Shown here: positions 1 to 9,890 of the stretch, one piece after another
How positions within the stretch are numbered: the stretch's first letter is position 1
How the letters are laid out: each line of letters starts with the position of its first letter
Origin: an uncultured cyanobacterium
GTDB lineage: Bacteria; Cyanobacteriota; Cyanobacteriia; Cyanobacteriales; Cyanobacteriaceae
Length of the DNA stretch: 14,485 nucleotides
Direction: 5' to 3'
Assembly: GCA_963749915.1 (NCBI GenBank)
Contig: CAVVOP010000016.1
Location: 1-14,485 of the forward strand
Translations under genes and position numbers: made by a program
Notes under the pieces: model-generated
Database searches by the model: none
What the model was told of the DNA's origin: nothing
The model's input: the letters and a program-made list of their open reading frames with translations, nothing else

Positions 1-685
1 ACCTTGGCAAATTTATTTTGTTGCCGATGCCATCTTCCTGTCTGTTGCCGGAGAATTCCATTGGTCCTCTCCAGCCTTTGGTTTCCTTTTTTACTGATCT
101 GGTGCTCTATCTCCTCTGTTAATACCCTTTGATAACCCCTTAAGCCATCAGTATTCCAGTTTTGGCATTGGGTTTTTCCTTCTGTGGTCACGAGCATCTC
201 CTCCAGAAGTTGATCCTTCCGTTTTCCTACACGAGCTGCCAGAATCAAGCCACTATCTTGAGCTAAACTAATTCCTATCCAGCAATCCCCGGCTATTATT
301 TCGTCTGGTTCGCATTGGCACTGTTTTGTCTTGGTGCGCGTTCCCTTGCGTCTTACGCCGACGCGGGGTCGCACCGCTTTTCGACAAATGACCACATTTC
401 ATCAGCGCTTACTTGTTCTGTTTCCACTTGTTGAACCTCAGCATTATGTATCATTTGAGCTTTTTGGCTAGCATCCCTAATCAAAGAAACTACGGTGCCG
501 TAAGCCCTGCCACTGATTCGACTCACTCCTCTGAGGCTACTGCCTTCAGCATGAGATTGAAGAATGGTATGAACTTCGGCCGGATTGAGATGGCGGTTAT
601 AGTTATAGCAAAGAGTCTCAAAATGTTCAGGAAAAGTTTTACCATGTTTGTAAGCTTTATGATGACCGCAGAGAGGGCATTTCAT
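1..685 (-). pseudogene. IS1-family transposase pseudogene
   Basis: ORF 353..685 is ended by a 50-bp insertion. The frame resumes KQCQCEPDEIIAGDCWIGISLAQDSGLILAARVGKR.., then shifts again near 83 into RLERTNGILRQQTGRWHRQQNKFAK. The second CxxC of the N-terminal zinc ribbon appears deleted (HGKT joined to FPEHFETL). Confidence 0.8.
328..377. repeat. 50-bp GC-rich hairpin insertion (small dispersed repeat/mini-MITE) in the IS1 gene
   Basis: gtcttggtgcgcgttcccttgcgtcttacgccgacgcggggtcgcaccgc, flanked by tttt (324-327) and tttt (378-381). Nested stems ggtgcg/cgcacc and gcgtc/gacgc. Confidence 0.7.
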
Positions 686-2127
686 AGAAATAAATGGAAT
701 ACTACTTTTCTATCATACTCTCATCCCACAGATTTTTGTTTCACGACCGTAATTATTAATGAGTCGTGCTAGTAAATTAACTTATGATCGTGGGACATTA
801 ATTTTACATCCACCCCCAAGGGGGCAAACATGGATAAATTTTGCGACATGGGATGATAGAATCGAAAAATTCCGGATTCCTGCTATATATTATCGCTCAC
901 TGATCGAAACTTTTGAACAAGAAAACATTCATTTTATCGACTCCGCTAAAGAATTTTTCCCCCTCGAAATTCAGTCCAACCTACAAAAAACTCCTTATGC
1001 TCATCAAAAAGAAGCCTTAGAAGCTTGAAAAACAGAACAAAGAAAGGGTGTTGTTGTCTTACCAACGGCGGCTGGTAAAACTTATTTGGCACAATTGGCG
1101 ATCGCCTGTACTCCGAGAACAACTTTAATTGTAGTTCCTACCTTGGATTTAATGCACCAGTGGTATGCACAAATTGAACAGGCTTTTCCCAATATTGAAG
1201 TGGGATTGTTAGGGGGCGGTTCACATGATCGATCGCCAATTTTAATAGCAACCTATCATAACCTGAGTTTTGGTTAAGCAGATTGAGGTAAAAACCATTC
1301 CAGACGAAGGCTTGGCTTCTTTGGTTGGTGACAATATGCGATTAATCCACATAATAGATTGACACAAAAATTTATTGGTGAACGATGACGAGAATGTTCT
1401 ATTTGTGAGACATTCTTTAATTGGTCATTAATTGTTTCTATAATCGATCGTTTGCGAGATAATAATTTGTCATGAAGTCTCATTAATTTGTTCTTCATGT
1501 TACGTTTAGGTTTGGCAAAAAACTCGATTCCAAAATCTTCCAGTAGCTTGGTCGCTAATTTTTGTGACACATAACCTCTATGGCCAAAGACTTTTCCCCA
1601 AAGCTCTTTTAAAAGGTCAACGACGGGTTTACGGTCATCAACATTACCTGGAGTTAAACTCATATTGATAATTTCCCCCAGTTCATTGACAACCAGATGA
1701 AGTTTAAATCCAAAAAACCAGTCCACAGAGGTTTTCCCTCTTTGGGCTAAATCCTGAAAGACCTTATGGCGTGAAATACGTCGATTATGACAGACTTGAA
1801 TTTTAGTCGAATCGATAAAACTAATCCCAGTACAATTACCAAAGCAATGTTTAAGATAAACACACAAAGGAATGATTGTTGATGGAACCCATTGAATAAA
1901 TCGCTGATAACTGGGAAGTTTAGGAAAAGCATTCGACCAATATTGTTGAACATGATTCAGGTAAAAATGTTTAAAATTACGATAATGATTTTGGTGAAAA
2001 GCAATCAGGATAGTCATAATTTCACTTAAACACAAACTTTTCCCTCGAATACGGCTGACCGCTCCATGAAATAAGAGCTTGTTTTGCCATTGAGGCTCAA
2101 ATTGTTGGCAGAAATCATCCACATGAC

Positions 2128-3409
2128 CTGAGGGGGCGACAATGAAGCTAAACAGACGATGCTATAAGGGATTGAACATGCTAATCTGGATAAAGATAAG
2201 ATATTTTCAGTTTTTATATTAATTGCCATAGAAAAAAATGTTTCAACTTCCTCAATATTATCAGGATAATTTAAAAAAGCAGTTTAATTTACCTCAATAT
2301 TTAACTCTTTGTCTTTTAGTTAACTTACTTCAAAATCTTAAAACTGTCAGGTTAGAAGAAATGGCAAAACTTTTTCCTTATCCGATTAAATTAAGAAGTA
2401 GAATTAAAAAGTTACAACGATTTCTAAGTCTGGAAAATTGGAAAATTGAAACTATCTGGTTTCCCATTTTAAAATCATGGATTATTAATAATTGGGAATC
2501 GAAAAAAGTCATCTATTTCGTAATTGATAGAACACAGTGGCAAAATATTAATATATTGATGGTAAGTTTAGTTTATAATCAACGAGCTATTCCCGTTTAT
2601 TTTACATTACTAGATAAAAAAGGAAGCAGTAATTTATTAGAACAAAAACAAGTATTAGAACCGAGTATTAATTTATTAATTGAATATAAAATAATTGTCT
2701 TAGGAGATAGGGAATTTTGCTCTGTAGATTTAGCAAAGTGGTTATCAGTAGAGAAACAGGTTTATTTATCTCTACGTTTAAAAAAGAGTGAATATGTGGA
2801 GTTAGAAACTGATATATGGTTTCAATTAAGTGAATTAGGTTTATGTCCAGGATTCTCGGTATATTATCAAGGAATAAAAGTAACAAAAACCAAGGGATTT
2901 TCAGGAATTAATTTAGCCGCAAAGTGGAAAAGAAATTATGGTCATAAATCTAGCAAAGAACCATGGTTTATTTTAACAAATTTAGAAAATATGTCGGAAA
3001 CAATCTCCGCTTATTCCAAAAGAATGGGGATTGAAGAAATGTTTAGAGATTTGAAATTAGGCGGATATAATTTAGAGAGTACAAAGATGGAAAATGAACG
3101 ACTAATTTCTTTAATTATACTAATAACATTAGCCTATAGCTATTCAACATTTATAGGGGAAGAAATTAAAAGAAAAGGAATAAGTGAATATTTGGTTCGT
3201 CCGACAGAAAAAGGAAGAAGATATAAAAGAAATAGTGATTTTTCTATTGGTTTAAATGCCATAAAATGGCTAAGTGAAATCTGCTTTTTCCAAGAACAAT
3301 TGGAAGAATTAACCTCTTTATTTCCTCAGAAACACTCTTATTATCGTCAAGGTATGAGAGCTATTTCCCTTATCCAATCTGCGTTATGAATGCGTTGTCG
3401 CCCCCTCAG
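2128..3409 (+). mobile_element. IS4-family element nested in the IS982
   Basis: Perfect 15-bp IRs ctgagggggcgacaa / ttgtcgccccctcag; 9-bp TSD ccacatgac at 2119-2127 and 3410-3418. Confidence 0.93.
2238..3389 (+). CDS. IS4-family DDE transposase, apparently intact (383 aa)
   Basis: IDRT, GDREF and YSKRMGIEEMFRDLK (YREK-like) motifs; uninterrupted ORF between the IRs. Confidence 0.9.
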   Translation: MFQLPQYYQDNLKKQFNLPQYLTLCLLVNLLQNLKTVRLEEMAKLFPYPIKLRSRIKKLQRFLSLENWKIETIWFPILKSWIINNWESKKVIYFVIDRTQWQNINILMVSLVYNQRAIPVYFTLLDKKGSSNLLEQKQVLEPSINLLIEYKIIVLGDREFCSVDLAKWLSVEKQVYLSLRLKKSEYVELETDIWFQLSELGLCPGFSVYYQGIKVTKTKGFSGINLAAKWKRNYGHKSSKEPWFILTNLENMSETISAYSKRMGIEEMFRDLKLGGYNLESTKMENERLISLIILITLAYSYSTFIGEEIKRKGISEYLVRPTEKGRRYKRNSDFSIGLNAIKWLSEICFFQEQLEELTSLFPQKHSYYRQGMRAISLIQSAL

Positions 3410-4379
3410 CCACATGACAAAATAAATAATCTAAATTAAACATAAGGCAGTAGTTAGTTTGATGTGTGCTATATTCAGCTTACTATCTGCCTGTTTTCTT
3501 ATCCAAAACTGAGGTTATCATAGTGCAGCGATTCATGCCAAGACTTTAGGAAATCATTATGGGTTGTTGATTTTCGATGAATGTCATCATTTGCCGACGG
3601 ATTTTTTTCAGGTGATTGCGGAAGAATCCATTGCACCTTATCGCCTGGGGTTGACGGCGACTCCCGAAAGAGGCGACGGAAGCCATAGTTATTTAGACAG
3701 TTTAATTGGCAAAGTTATTTATCCTAAAACTCCTGAAGAATTATCAAAAAATACTTTAGCCGAATATCAAGTTATTCCTATAAAAGTCTCTTTAGAAATC
3801 GAAGAAAAAAGAAGATATGAACAAGCAATAAAAATTAGAAATAACTTTCTAAAACAATCAAATATTTCTCTTTCTAGTCTCGATGGCTGGCAATTATTCA
3901 TTAAAGCTAGTGCAAGGACAAATCAAGGCAGACAAGCAATGTTAGCCCATAGAGAATCAAAAGAAATTGCCTCTGGTACTAATGCAAAACTAAAAGTGTT
4001 AAGTGAGTTAATTGAAAAACATTATCCTGATAAAATTTTAATTTTTACCAATGATAATACTACAGTTTATCGAATTTCTCAACAATATTTAATTCCCTCA
4101 ATTACTTATCAAACTCCTGTAAAAGAACGCCATCAAATTTTAGCTAAATATCGTAGTGGAGAGTATAAAATTTTGGCAGCTTCTCATGTACTTAATGAAG
4201 GAGTTGACGTCCCAGACGCTAAAATAGCGATTATCCTCTCTGGTACTGGTTCAACTAGAGAATATATCCAAAGATTAGGGAGAATCTTGCGTAAAGCCAA
4301 CCACACTGAAAAATTAGCGATTCTTTATGAGGTAATTGCGGAAGAAACCTCCGATGAAAAAACGGCAGCTAGACGTAAA

Positions 4380-4730
4380 AGACATCTCCAAAAATTTATG
4401 ATTCTTTCATTATAAGCATTTGAAACCTTTTTACTCCTAGGGCGATCGCGCAGCGCCACTTCGTGATCGTGAAACGGCGCTGCGCGATCGCCGGCTCTTA
4501 ATCCTGTTATTTCGTCAAAAATCAAGAAAAATCCAATTTTGATGAAAAAATATGGGTTAACAGAACATCAATTATTTCTCCCGTTTCACTCGTTTTCCGA
4601 TGTTCAATTATTAAAGTTCCCATTCTTAATCTTACCAAACCACAAACGCTCAAAAAAACTGATTCATATTCCTCTTTTTTTAGTCTAAATCTTTCTCCCA
4701 TAACCTTAAATATTTTGATTATTCTAATTA
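4380..4730 (-). mobile_element. 3' remnant of an IS5-like (DDE_Tnp_4-type) element
   Basis: Minus frame 4728-4522 reads IRIIKIFKVMGERFRLKKEEYESVFLSVCGLVRLRMGTLIIEH..DFS*, not in the ORF track, resembling the C-terminus of cyanobacterial DDE_Tnp_4 transposases. Terminus-like agacatctccaaaaa at 4380-4394. Cut by the IS5 at 4731. Confidence 0.65.
4441..4492. repeat. HIP1-bounded palindromic insertion (17-bp perfect stem)
   Basis: ggcgatcgcgcagcgcc (4441-4457) and ggcgctgcgcgatcgcc (4476-4492) are exact reverse complements with an 18-nt loop; each arm contains GCGATCGC. Confidence 0.85.
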
Positions 4731-6401
4731 GGGTTTGCTGAATAAATCACAAAAAGATTCATTAGTAGTAATAAGCAGAAATTAAGATAAGTTCTTGTTG
4801 ATTTTCACTTATCGTTTGATAATCTTTTGTTATCGATCGCTTTTGACGATATTTTATTTCTAAAAATAGATACAAAAAATCAGCAGTATCTGCCGATACA
4901 GGTATGATAAATTCATCACTAAAAATGTTAGTGATATAACTGTCATTGATGTTGATGGCAGTTTTGTCATTATTTTATTTAACCCGTATCTTCTTTTTCC
5001 TTCCCCTAATTTTCCTTCTACTCTATTTCTGACTTTTTCATTTTCTCTTGTCTCTTTTTTCTCCTCTATACTTACATTTTTCTTCGGTCTTCCCAATGCA
5101 GGTCCATTCATTTTTATCCCTTTTTCCTTGCAATAGGCTCTATTTGCCCTCGTTGTATATATCGCATCTACATGAATTGTAGCTGGATAATAACCCATTA
5201 ATTTATAATATTTTTCTACTTGTTCTATTAGATGTGTTGACTCATTGAAATTATCCCAACTTAATTTGTCTAAAAACACATAATTTTCATATACACTTAT
5301 ACTTATTTTTCCGCCAAATTCTACTGAACTCCCTGCTTTTCCTCTAACTATTGGGCGTATATGTGGTTGATTTATACTCACTATTCTATTATCTATTCTG
5401 TTTTTTTCTTCTTCATACATTTCTTTTTGTTGTCTATATACTTCGGATACTACTAATAATTTTTTATAGTCTTTTTTACCCAATTTTGACAAACTTATTC
5501 CCTGATTTATTAACTTTTCTATACTTTTTAAATTTTTGCTCATATATCTCAATTGAAGTTTGATTGCTTCTGTTCTTTCTTCTTTTTTGGGCTTCTTTTT
5601 TTTCGACACTTTTAAATATTCTTTTCGGGCTATTTCTCGATATGTTCTTGGCTTTTTACCTACCGTAATTCCTTCTCCCTCATGTAATTTATCTATGATT
5701 CTTTCTGTTTGCATTCTCCCTTGATTCAATAATCCTAAATCCGTTGGAAATGCTATATCTGCTGGGGTGCAACTCGCATCTAAAATTAGTTTTCCTTTAT
5801 TTTTTATCTTTTCTTTTGAGTCATCTTCTTCTATTTCTTCTTTTTTTTTAGTTCTTCTAATACTATCTTTTGATTTATTTTATCGATTATTTCACTATCT
5901 ATTCTTTTTCTAAAATGCACCATCATTGATGAATCAAAAGGTATTTTATTGCTGAATTTTTTCAAGCCAATAAAGCATTGTAAATAGGGATTTTCTTGTA
6001 TTTGTTCTACTGTTTCTCGGTCAGTTATTCTTGATTTTTGTTGAATTATTAATGCACCCAGTGCCATTCTAAATGGTTTGGCAGGTGCTCCTAATTTCTC
6101 ACTAAAAATATTCGCATATTCTTCCTCCAATTCTTGCCAAGGAATCAGGTTCGCCATTACTATCCAACGGTTATTTTCATCCAACATTTGATTAGAAAGG
6201 ATAAAATTTTTGGTATTGGTGGAGGATGATTGATTCTTGAGATACATTATACTTTTTGTTGAAATTTTAAATCTAAGTGTAGGTGCAAGTAATTACAAAC
6301 GATTTGATTAGGGTTGCAACGATTATAACTCATTTTTCCTTGCACCTCCTTGGGGTTAAATTCCCCTTCACACAAAGGTTTTATCTTAATTCAGCAAACC
6401 C
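4731..6401 (-). mobile_element. IS5-family element
   Basis: IRs gggtttgctgaat (from 4731) / attcagcaaaccc (ends 6401); no matching TSD in the flanks. Confidence 0.88.
4860..6247 (-). CDS. IS5-family transposase in two ORFs joined by a -1 frameshift
   Basis: ORF 5831..6247 (DRETVEQIQENPYLQ, FDSSMMVHFRKR) and the -1 frame GKLILDASCTPADIAFPTDLGLLN..EFGGK..VDAIY..RNRVEGKLGEGKR. The junction is an A9-G run (t9 at 5841-5849) containing the A AAA AAG slippery motif. Confidence 0.82.
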
Positions 6402-6507
6402 AAAGTAGTAAAATGGCTATTTAAGTTTTTTATGGACGGTCAAATATTTGATTTCCCTAAACTTTATGAATATGGAATTATGCCACAAGCTATTTAGGAC
6501 TGCTATA
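6402..6507 (+). mobile_element. 3' remnant of an IS630-family element
   Basis: 6402-6497 reads KVVKWLFKFFMDGQIFDFPKLYEYGIMPQAI*, resembling cyanobacterial IS630 transposase C-termini, followed by a terminus-like ttaggactgctata ending in TA. Confidence 0.6.
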
Positions 6508-6824
6508 TATTTATTACTTGTTAATTTCCTTTCTTTTCTTTCCCTTTTTTATCTGGGGAATGTGGTTGGTAAAACTCCTTTTCTCTTTAATTCATGTTAT
6601 AATTTCCCTGGGTTTACAGATGTTTTGTCAGGGGTAGTATTCAACTACTCCCAATTCCCCCTTTTTGCTTAAATGCTTGTAAATAGCGTGAAATTATTTC
6701 CTCTTATCAATTTTCTGGTGTCTGCTTTTTTTTTAACCAGTTGTAGCAATTATCCCCGATTATTAAGTTTTCCTTTTTCTGATAATAATAAAAGTTTCAA
6801 TAGTCGTTCATCAGAATTAAATCC

Positions 6825-8214
6825 GGCTCTCTTGGAATTGCCGTGCTTAACCACCATATCTAGTTTGGTCACAGAGAAATAACTATTGTGAGATGATTGA
6901 GATAGGAACTCAAAGGTCAACTCAATATGGATAACTATATTCACATTCCTCTCGATTTGCCAGACGTTAGGATTTTAGACGTTTCCAAGACTAGCAAAGG
7001 TCATTGGCTGATTCGCATCGAGAGTACCCTTCACGGTACTACATGTCATCGATGTGGTCGCCAAATCAACCACTTTCATGGCTGGGACCAGCCCATCCAA
7101 CTTCGACATTTACCGCTGTTTGAGACACCAGTTATGATTGAGTTACGACCAAAACGCTATCAATGTCATCACTGCGACGGTCAACCAACCACAACCCAAC
7201 GGCTCAGTTGGCATGAGCTACGCAGTCCTAACACTAAGCCCTATGAACAGTGGTTACTAAAAATGCTCATTAACTCCACTGTTGCAGATGTAGCGAGAAA
7301 ACTGGAGCTGACTGATGAGACTGTTGCTGGCGTACTCAACCGCTGGGTCACGACTAAAGTGAACTGGGATGAGTGGGAAGAAATTGAGGTAGTAGGTATC
7401 GACGAGATCGCACTCAAGCGGGGTCATAGAGACTATGTAGTACTCGTAACAGTACCTTTAATCCCCAAAGGTGTTGAAGTCTTAGCTGTCCTGAGTGACC
7501 GTAAAAAAGAGACTGTCGCCAACTTCTTGGCTTCTATTCCTCCTCGACTTCAAAAAACAGTCAAAAGTATCTGCACAGATATGTACCAAGGATTCGTGAA
7601 TGCAGCCCAAGAGCAACTACCCGAAGTCAAGATCGTCATCGATCGCTACCATGTGGCCCAAGCTTATCGAGACTGTGCTGATCAGGTTCGAAAACAGGAG
7701 CTCAAAGTTCTGAAACGAGAATTGTCTGAGGATGAGTATGAGCAGATTAAGGGAGCGATGTGGCCATTCCGTAAATGTCCGGCGAAGCTCAAGAATGAAG
7801 AGAAACAGCTTCTTGAGCGGCTGTTCAGCTACTCACCTCGGCTCAAACAGGCATATATTCTGCGAGAGGAGTTGACCGACATTTTTGAGAGAAACTACAC
7901 GAAAGGGGAGGGGAAAGATGCGATTCAGGCATGGTGTCAGCGGGTAGTTAAGAGCAACATTCATGAATTTAAAAGCTTTCTGGGAACCGTTGAGACTTGG
8001 CTGGACAAGATCAGCAATTACTTTGTAGAAAGGCTAACCAGCGGCTTTGTCGAAGGTTTTAACAACCGGGTAAAGGTTCTCAAGCGTCGATGCTATGGCA
8101 TATTTGATGTGGCTCACATATTTCAAAGACTGACACTGGACATCAATGGCTATGAAAAATTTGCCTTAACCTAACACTATATCTAGTGGCTATCACGCTA
8201 ATTACGGAAGATCC
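6825..8214 (+). mobile_element. ISL3-family element
   Basis: Imperfect IRs ggctctcttggaatt.. / ..aattacggaagatcc; 8-bp TSD ttaaatcc at 6817-6824 and 8215-8222. Confidence 0.92.
6927..8174 (+). CDS. ISL3-family transposase, apparently intact (415 aa)
   Basis: CxxC..CxxC zinc finger, GIDE, TDM, IDRYHV, TSGFVEGFNNRVKVLKRRCYG. Confidence 0.93.
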   Translation: MDNYIHIPLDLPDVRILDVSKTSKGHWLIRIESTLHGTTCHRCGRQINHFHGWDQPIQLRHLPLFETPVMIELRPKRYQCHHCDGQPTTTQRLSWHELRSPNTKPYEQWLLKMLINSTVADVARKLELTDETVAGVLNRWVTTKVNWDEWEEIEVVGIDEIALKRGHRDYVVLVTVPLIPKGVEVLAVLSDRKKETVANFLASIPPRLQKTVKSICTDMYQGFVNAAQEQLPEVKIVIDRYHVAQAYRDCADQVRKQELKVLKRELSEDEYEQIKGAMWPFRKCPAKLKNEEKQLLERLFSYSPRLKQAYILREELTDIFERNYTKGEGKDAIQAWCQRVVKSNIHEFKSFLGTVETWLDKISNYFVERLTSGFVEGFNNRVKVLKRRCYGIFDVAHIFQRLTLDINGYEKFALT

Positions 8215-8633
8215 TTAAATCCTTCTATTTCCGGACAATATATTACGTTTGTCTCCGATCGCAATGGTTCTCAGGATATATTTTTATTTGACGCCAAAAA
8301 TCGCCGTTTAATTGATTTACCCGGTTTAAATTCCATTGACGAGATTGCTTCAAATCCCTCTATCTCAGAGGATGGACGTTATTTAGTCTTTACTGCCTTA
8401 ACTCAGGGAAAATCAAGATTATATTTATATGATCGCACAACTCAACAAAAACGCCCTTTAATTACTCAAATAAGAAACGAAATTAGAAACCCAATGATTA
8501 GCAGTAACGGTGAAAAAATAGCTTTTGAAATAGCAAATAATGGTCAATGGGATATAGTGGTAGCGGATATAAAAGGAAATGCTTTGAACATACCTGGTAA
8601 CTTGTTACAATAGACCTCATTACCCTTACCGAT

Positions 8634-8796
8634 AACCTTTGTAAAAAACCTACTCTTGTCAGGTGTGGGAGGTGTGGGAAGTATTGGATTTCTCTTCCCT
8701 TTCTTCCCTATCCTTGTCACCACAGAAATTCTTCAAATCCCTCGCAGTATTGCCCCACTCCCTAACTGTTGCAAAAGTCTTTTTTGCAATGGGTTT
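8634..8796. repeat. Intergenic repeat-rich, MITE-like sequence
   Basis: Short tandem units ggtgtggga x2 and complementary-type (t)cttccc units; loose end symmetry aacctttgtaaaaaa / ttttttgcaatgggtt. Its 23-bp segment 8640-8662 recurs inverted at 9423-9445. Confidence 0.45.
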
Positions 8797-9422
8797 TATA
8801 CACTGGTTACAAAGTTAGTATCAGTAACCGAAGTACTGAGTAATTTACCAATTTCTCGTCCAAAGGCAGAAATCATGACGTCATTACCCACTTGCTCGTA
8901 ATCCCAGAGGGAACCTTTATCCTGGATGGTTAAGCCACTGTTAGCAAAGCCAATCACATCAAACTCAGGATCAAAATCATTGACTTGATTGATGTTTTCT
9001 GGAATAGCATTGATGTCCTCGATTAACCAAACTTGGTCAAAACCTGCACCTGTAGAGATGTTGTTGCCACCTCCACCAGAACCAGCGAATAAGATGTCAT
9101 CACCAGCACCTAAAATAATGCGGTTGTTAGTACCTGCAAACACGATGTCATCTCCGCTACCAGTATCGATGCGATTACCTTCACCAACCTGAGAGACATC
9201 CACCATATCGTCACCAGGACCAGTAGAGAGAAATTGCTCGTCACCGACAAACTGTTTGTTGTCAGGGAAGGCACTATCAAACTCGTCATCATCGGGAGTT
9301 CCCAAGACAAATTTAGGTGGAGGAACGACTTGATCAACTCCAAGACGCTCGTCTAAATCCAGGGGCGTAGATAATTTGATTTGGATCATCTCATTGTTGT
9401 CAATTTCTGGGGGTCGTCCCAT
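8796..9422 (-). pseudogene. C-terminal fragment of a secreted acidic protein with RTX/hemolysin-type Ca-binding Gly-Asp repeats
   Basis: TGPGDD, TGSGDD, LGAGDD, TGAGFD repeats and a DFDPEFDVIG tail. No signal peptide or catalytic domain. The ATG lies right beside a repeat-derived junction at 9423. Confidence 0.65.
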
Positions 9423-9565
9423 CTGACAAGGGTAGGTTTTTTACATTTGGGTTGAGACAAGACAAGGATGGATGTCAGAAACACCAGTATATCTGAACTT
9501 AAAAAAATGGTATTTCTTGAAAGTAATAAATGAAAAGTCTGAGAACAAAAAAAGTACATTAGATC

Positions 9566-9791
9566 TAGGGTGTTGACTATTTACAGCATAATTCACTCTG
9601 TTTTTAGTAGGGAGAAGGGAGCAGGGAGAGAAAGAACTTCAGATTTTATTAAATATAAAAACTGTCTGAAAAATTTTGTCATCCATTATTGATGTTCAGA
9701 TAAGTTGCTGAAAATAATATAATCAGGTGTTTTACTCGATTTTTTCCAGTCTAAAAACTGTCTGATTTTCCGAAGGAAAATCAACACCCTA
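9566..9791. mobile_element. ~226-bp MITE-like element
   Basis: Perfect 11-bp IR tagggtgttga / tcaacacccta; non-coding interior with gggagaagggagcagggagag and a duplicated aaaactgtctga. Confidence 0.55.
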
Positions 9792-9794
9792 CAT

Positions 9795-9865
9795 TAGACC
9801 TCTCCAAAAACCTTTACTTTTGAACGACGCCATAAGGCTTCTAGCATAATTGTTGGAGATGCCTA
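9795..9865. mobile_element. ~70-bp mini-MITE
   Basis: tagacctctccaa..ttggagatgccta imperfect IR with TA at both ends; the left end matches the IS terminus at 4380 at 14/15 positions. Confidence 0.6.
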
Positions 9866-9890
9866 TTGCTTTTGTTTCATAAATAACTTA

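Larger units (their letters stand above)
1..748 (-). mobile_element. IS1-family element, degenerate; runs off the window start
   Basis: Minus-strand IS1-type transposase motifs (CPLC..HGK, EGSSLRG, ADEMWSFV, GDCWIG, RLERTNGILRQQTGRWHR). Probable left terminus GGTCGTGAAACAAAA at 748-734, 10 bp upstream of the helicase ATG. Confidence 0.8.
1274..3443 (-). pseudogene. IS982 transposase, interrupted near its 5' end
   Basis: True start ATG at 3443 (MFNLDYLFCHV) joins DDFCQQFEP.. at 2118 once the IS4 is removed. Motifs IDST, GFKLHL, RSIIETIN. The GDRGY motif reads GHRGY. Confidence 0.88.
1261..3515 (-). mobile_element. IS982-family element inserted in the helicase, carrying a nested IS4
   Basis: Terminal IRs acctgagttttggttaag (from 1261) and cttatccaaaactgaggt (ends 3515); 7-bp TSD tatcata at 1254-1260 and 3516-3522. 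Confidence 0.92.
759..4415 (+). pseudogene. Superfamily II DExH-box (XPB/SSL2-like) helicase, disrupted
   Basis: Segments 759-1260 and 3523-4415 rejoin in frame (ILIATYHSAAIHAKTLGNHYGLLIFDECHHLP) after removing the IS982 and one TSD copy. Motifs LPTAAGKT, DECH, TAT, EGVDVP, QRLGRILR. In-frame TGA at 1026-1028. The last codons (RHLQKFMILSL) probably derive from an IS end at ~4380. Confidence 0.9.
6673..8613 (+). pseudogene. TolB-like PD40/beta-propeller lipoprotein split by ISL3
   Basis: Lipoprotein signal (LTSC) in 6673-6824. Rejoins in frame at 8223: ELNPSISGQYITFVSDRNGSQDIFLFD..NPSISEDGRYLVF..NPMISSNGEKIAFE..GQWDI..LLQ* (TAG 8611-8613). Confidence 0.88.

Noticed and set aside
1026..1028. 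TGA recoded as Trp or Sec
   Set aside because: Trp is encoded by TGG elsewhere, TGA ends the IS4 transposase, and the gene is IS-disrupted anyway.
759..4415. Helicase as part of an anti-phage defence or RM system
   Set aside because: No nuclease, methylase or other partner gene in the window, and the gene is broken.
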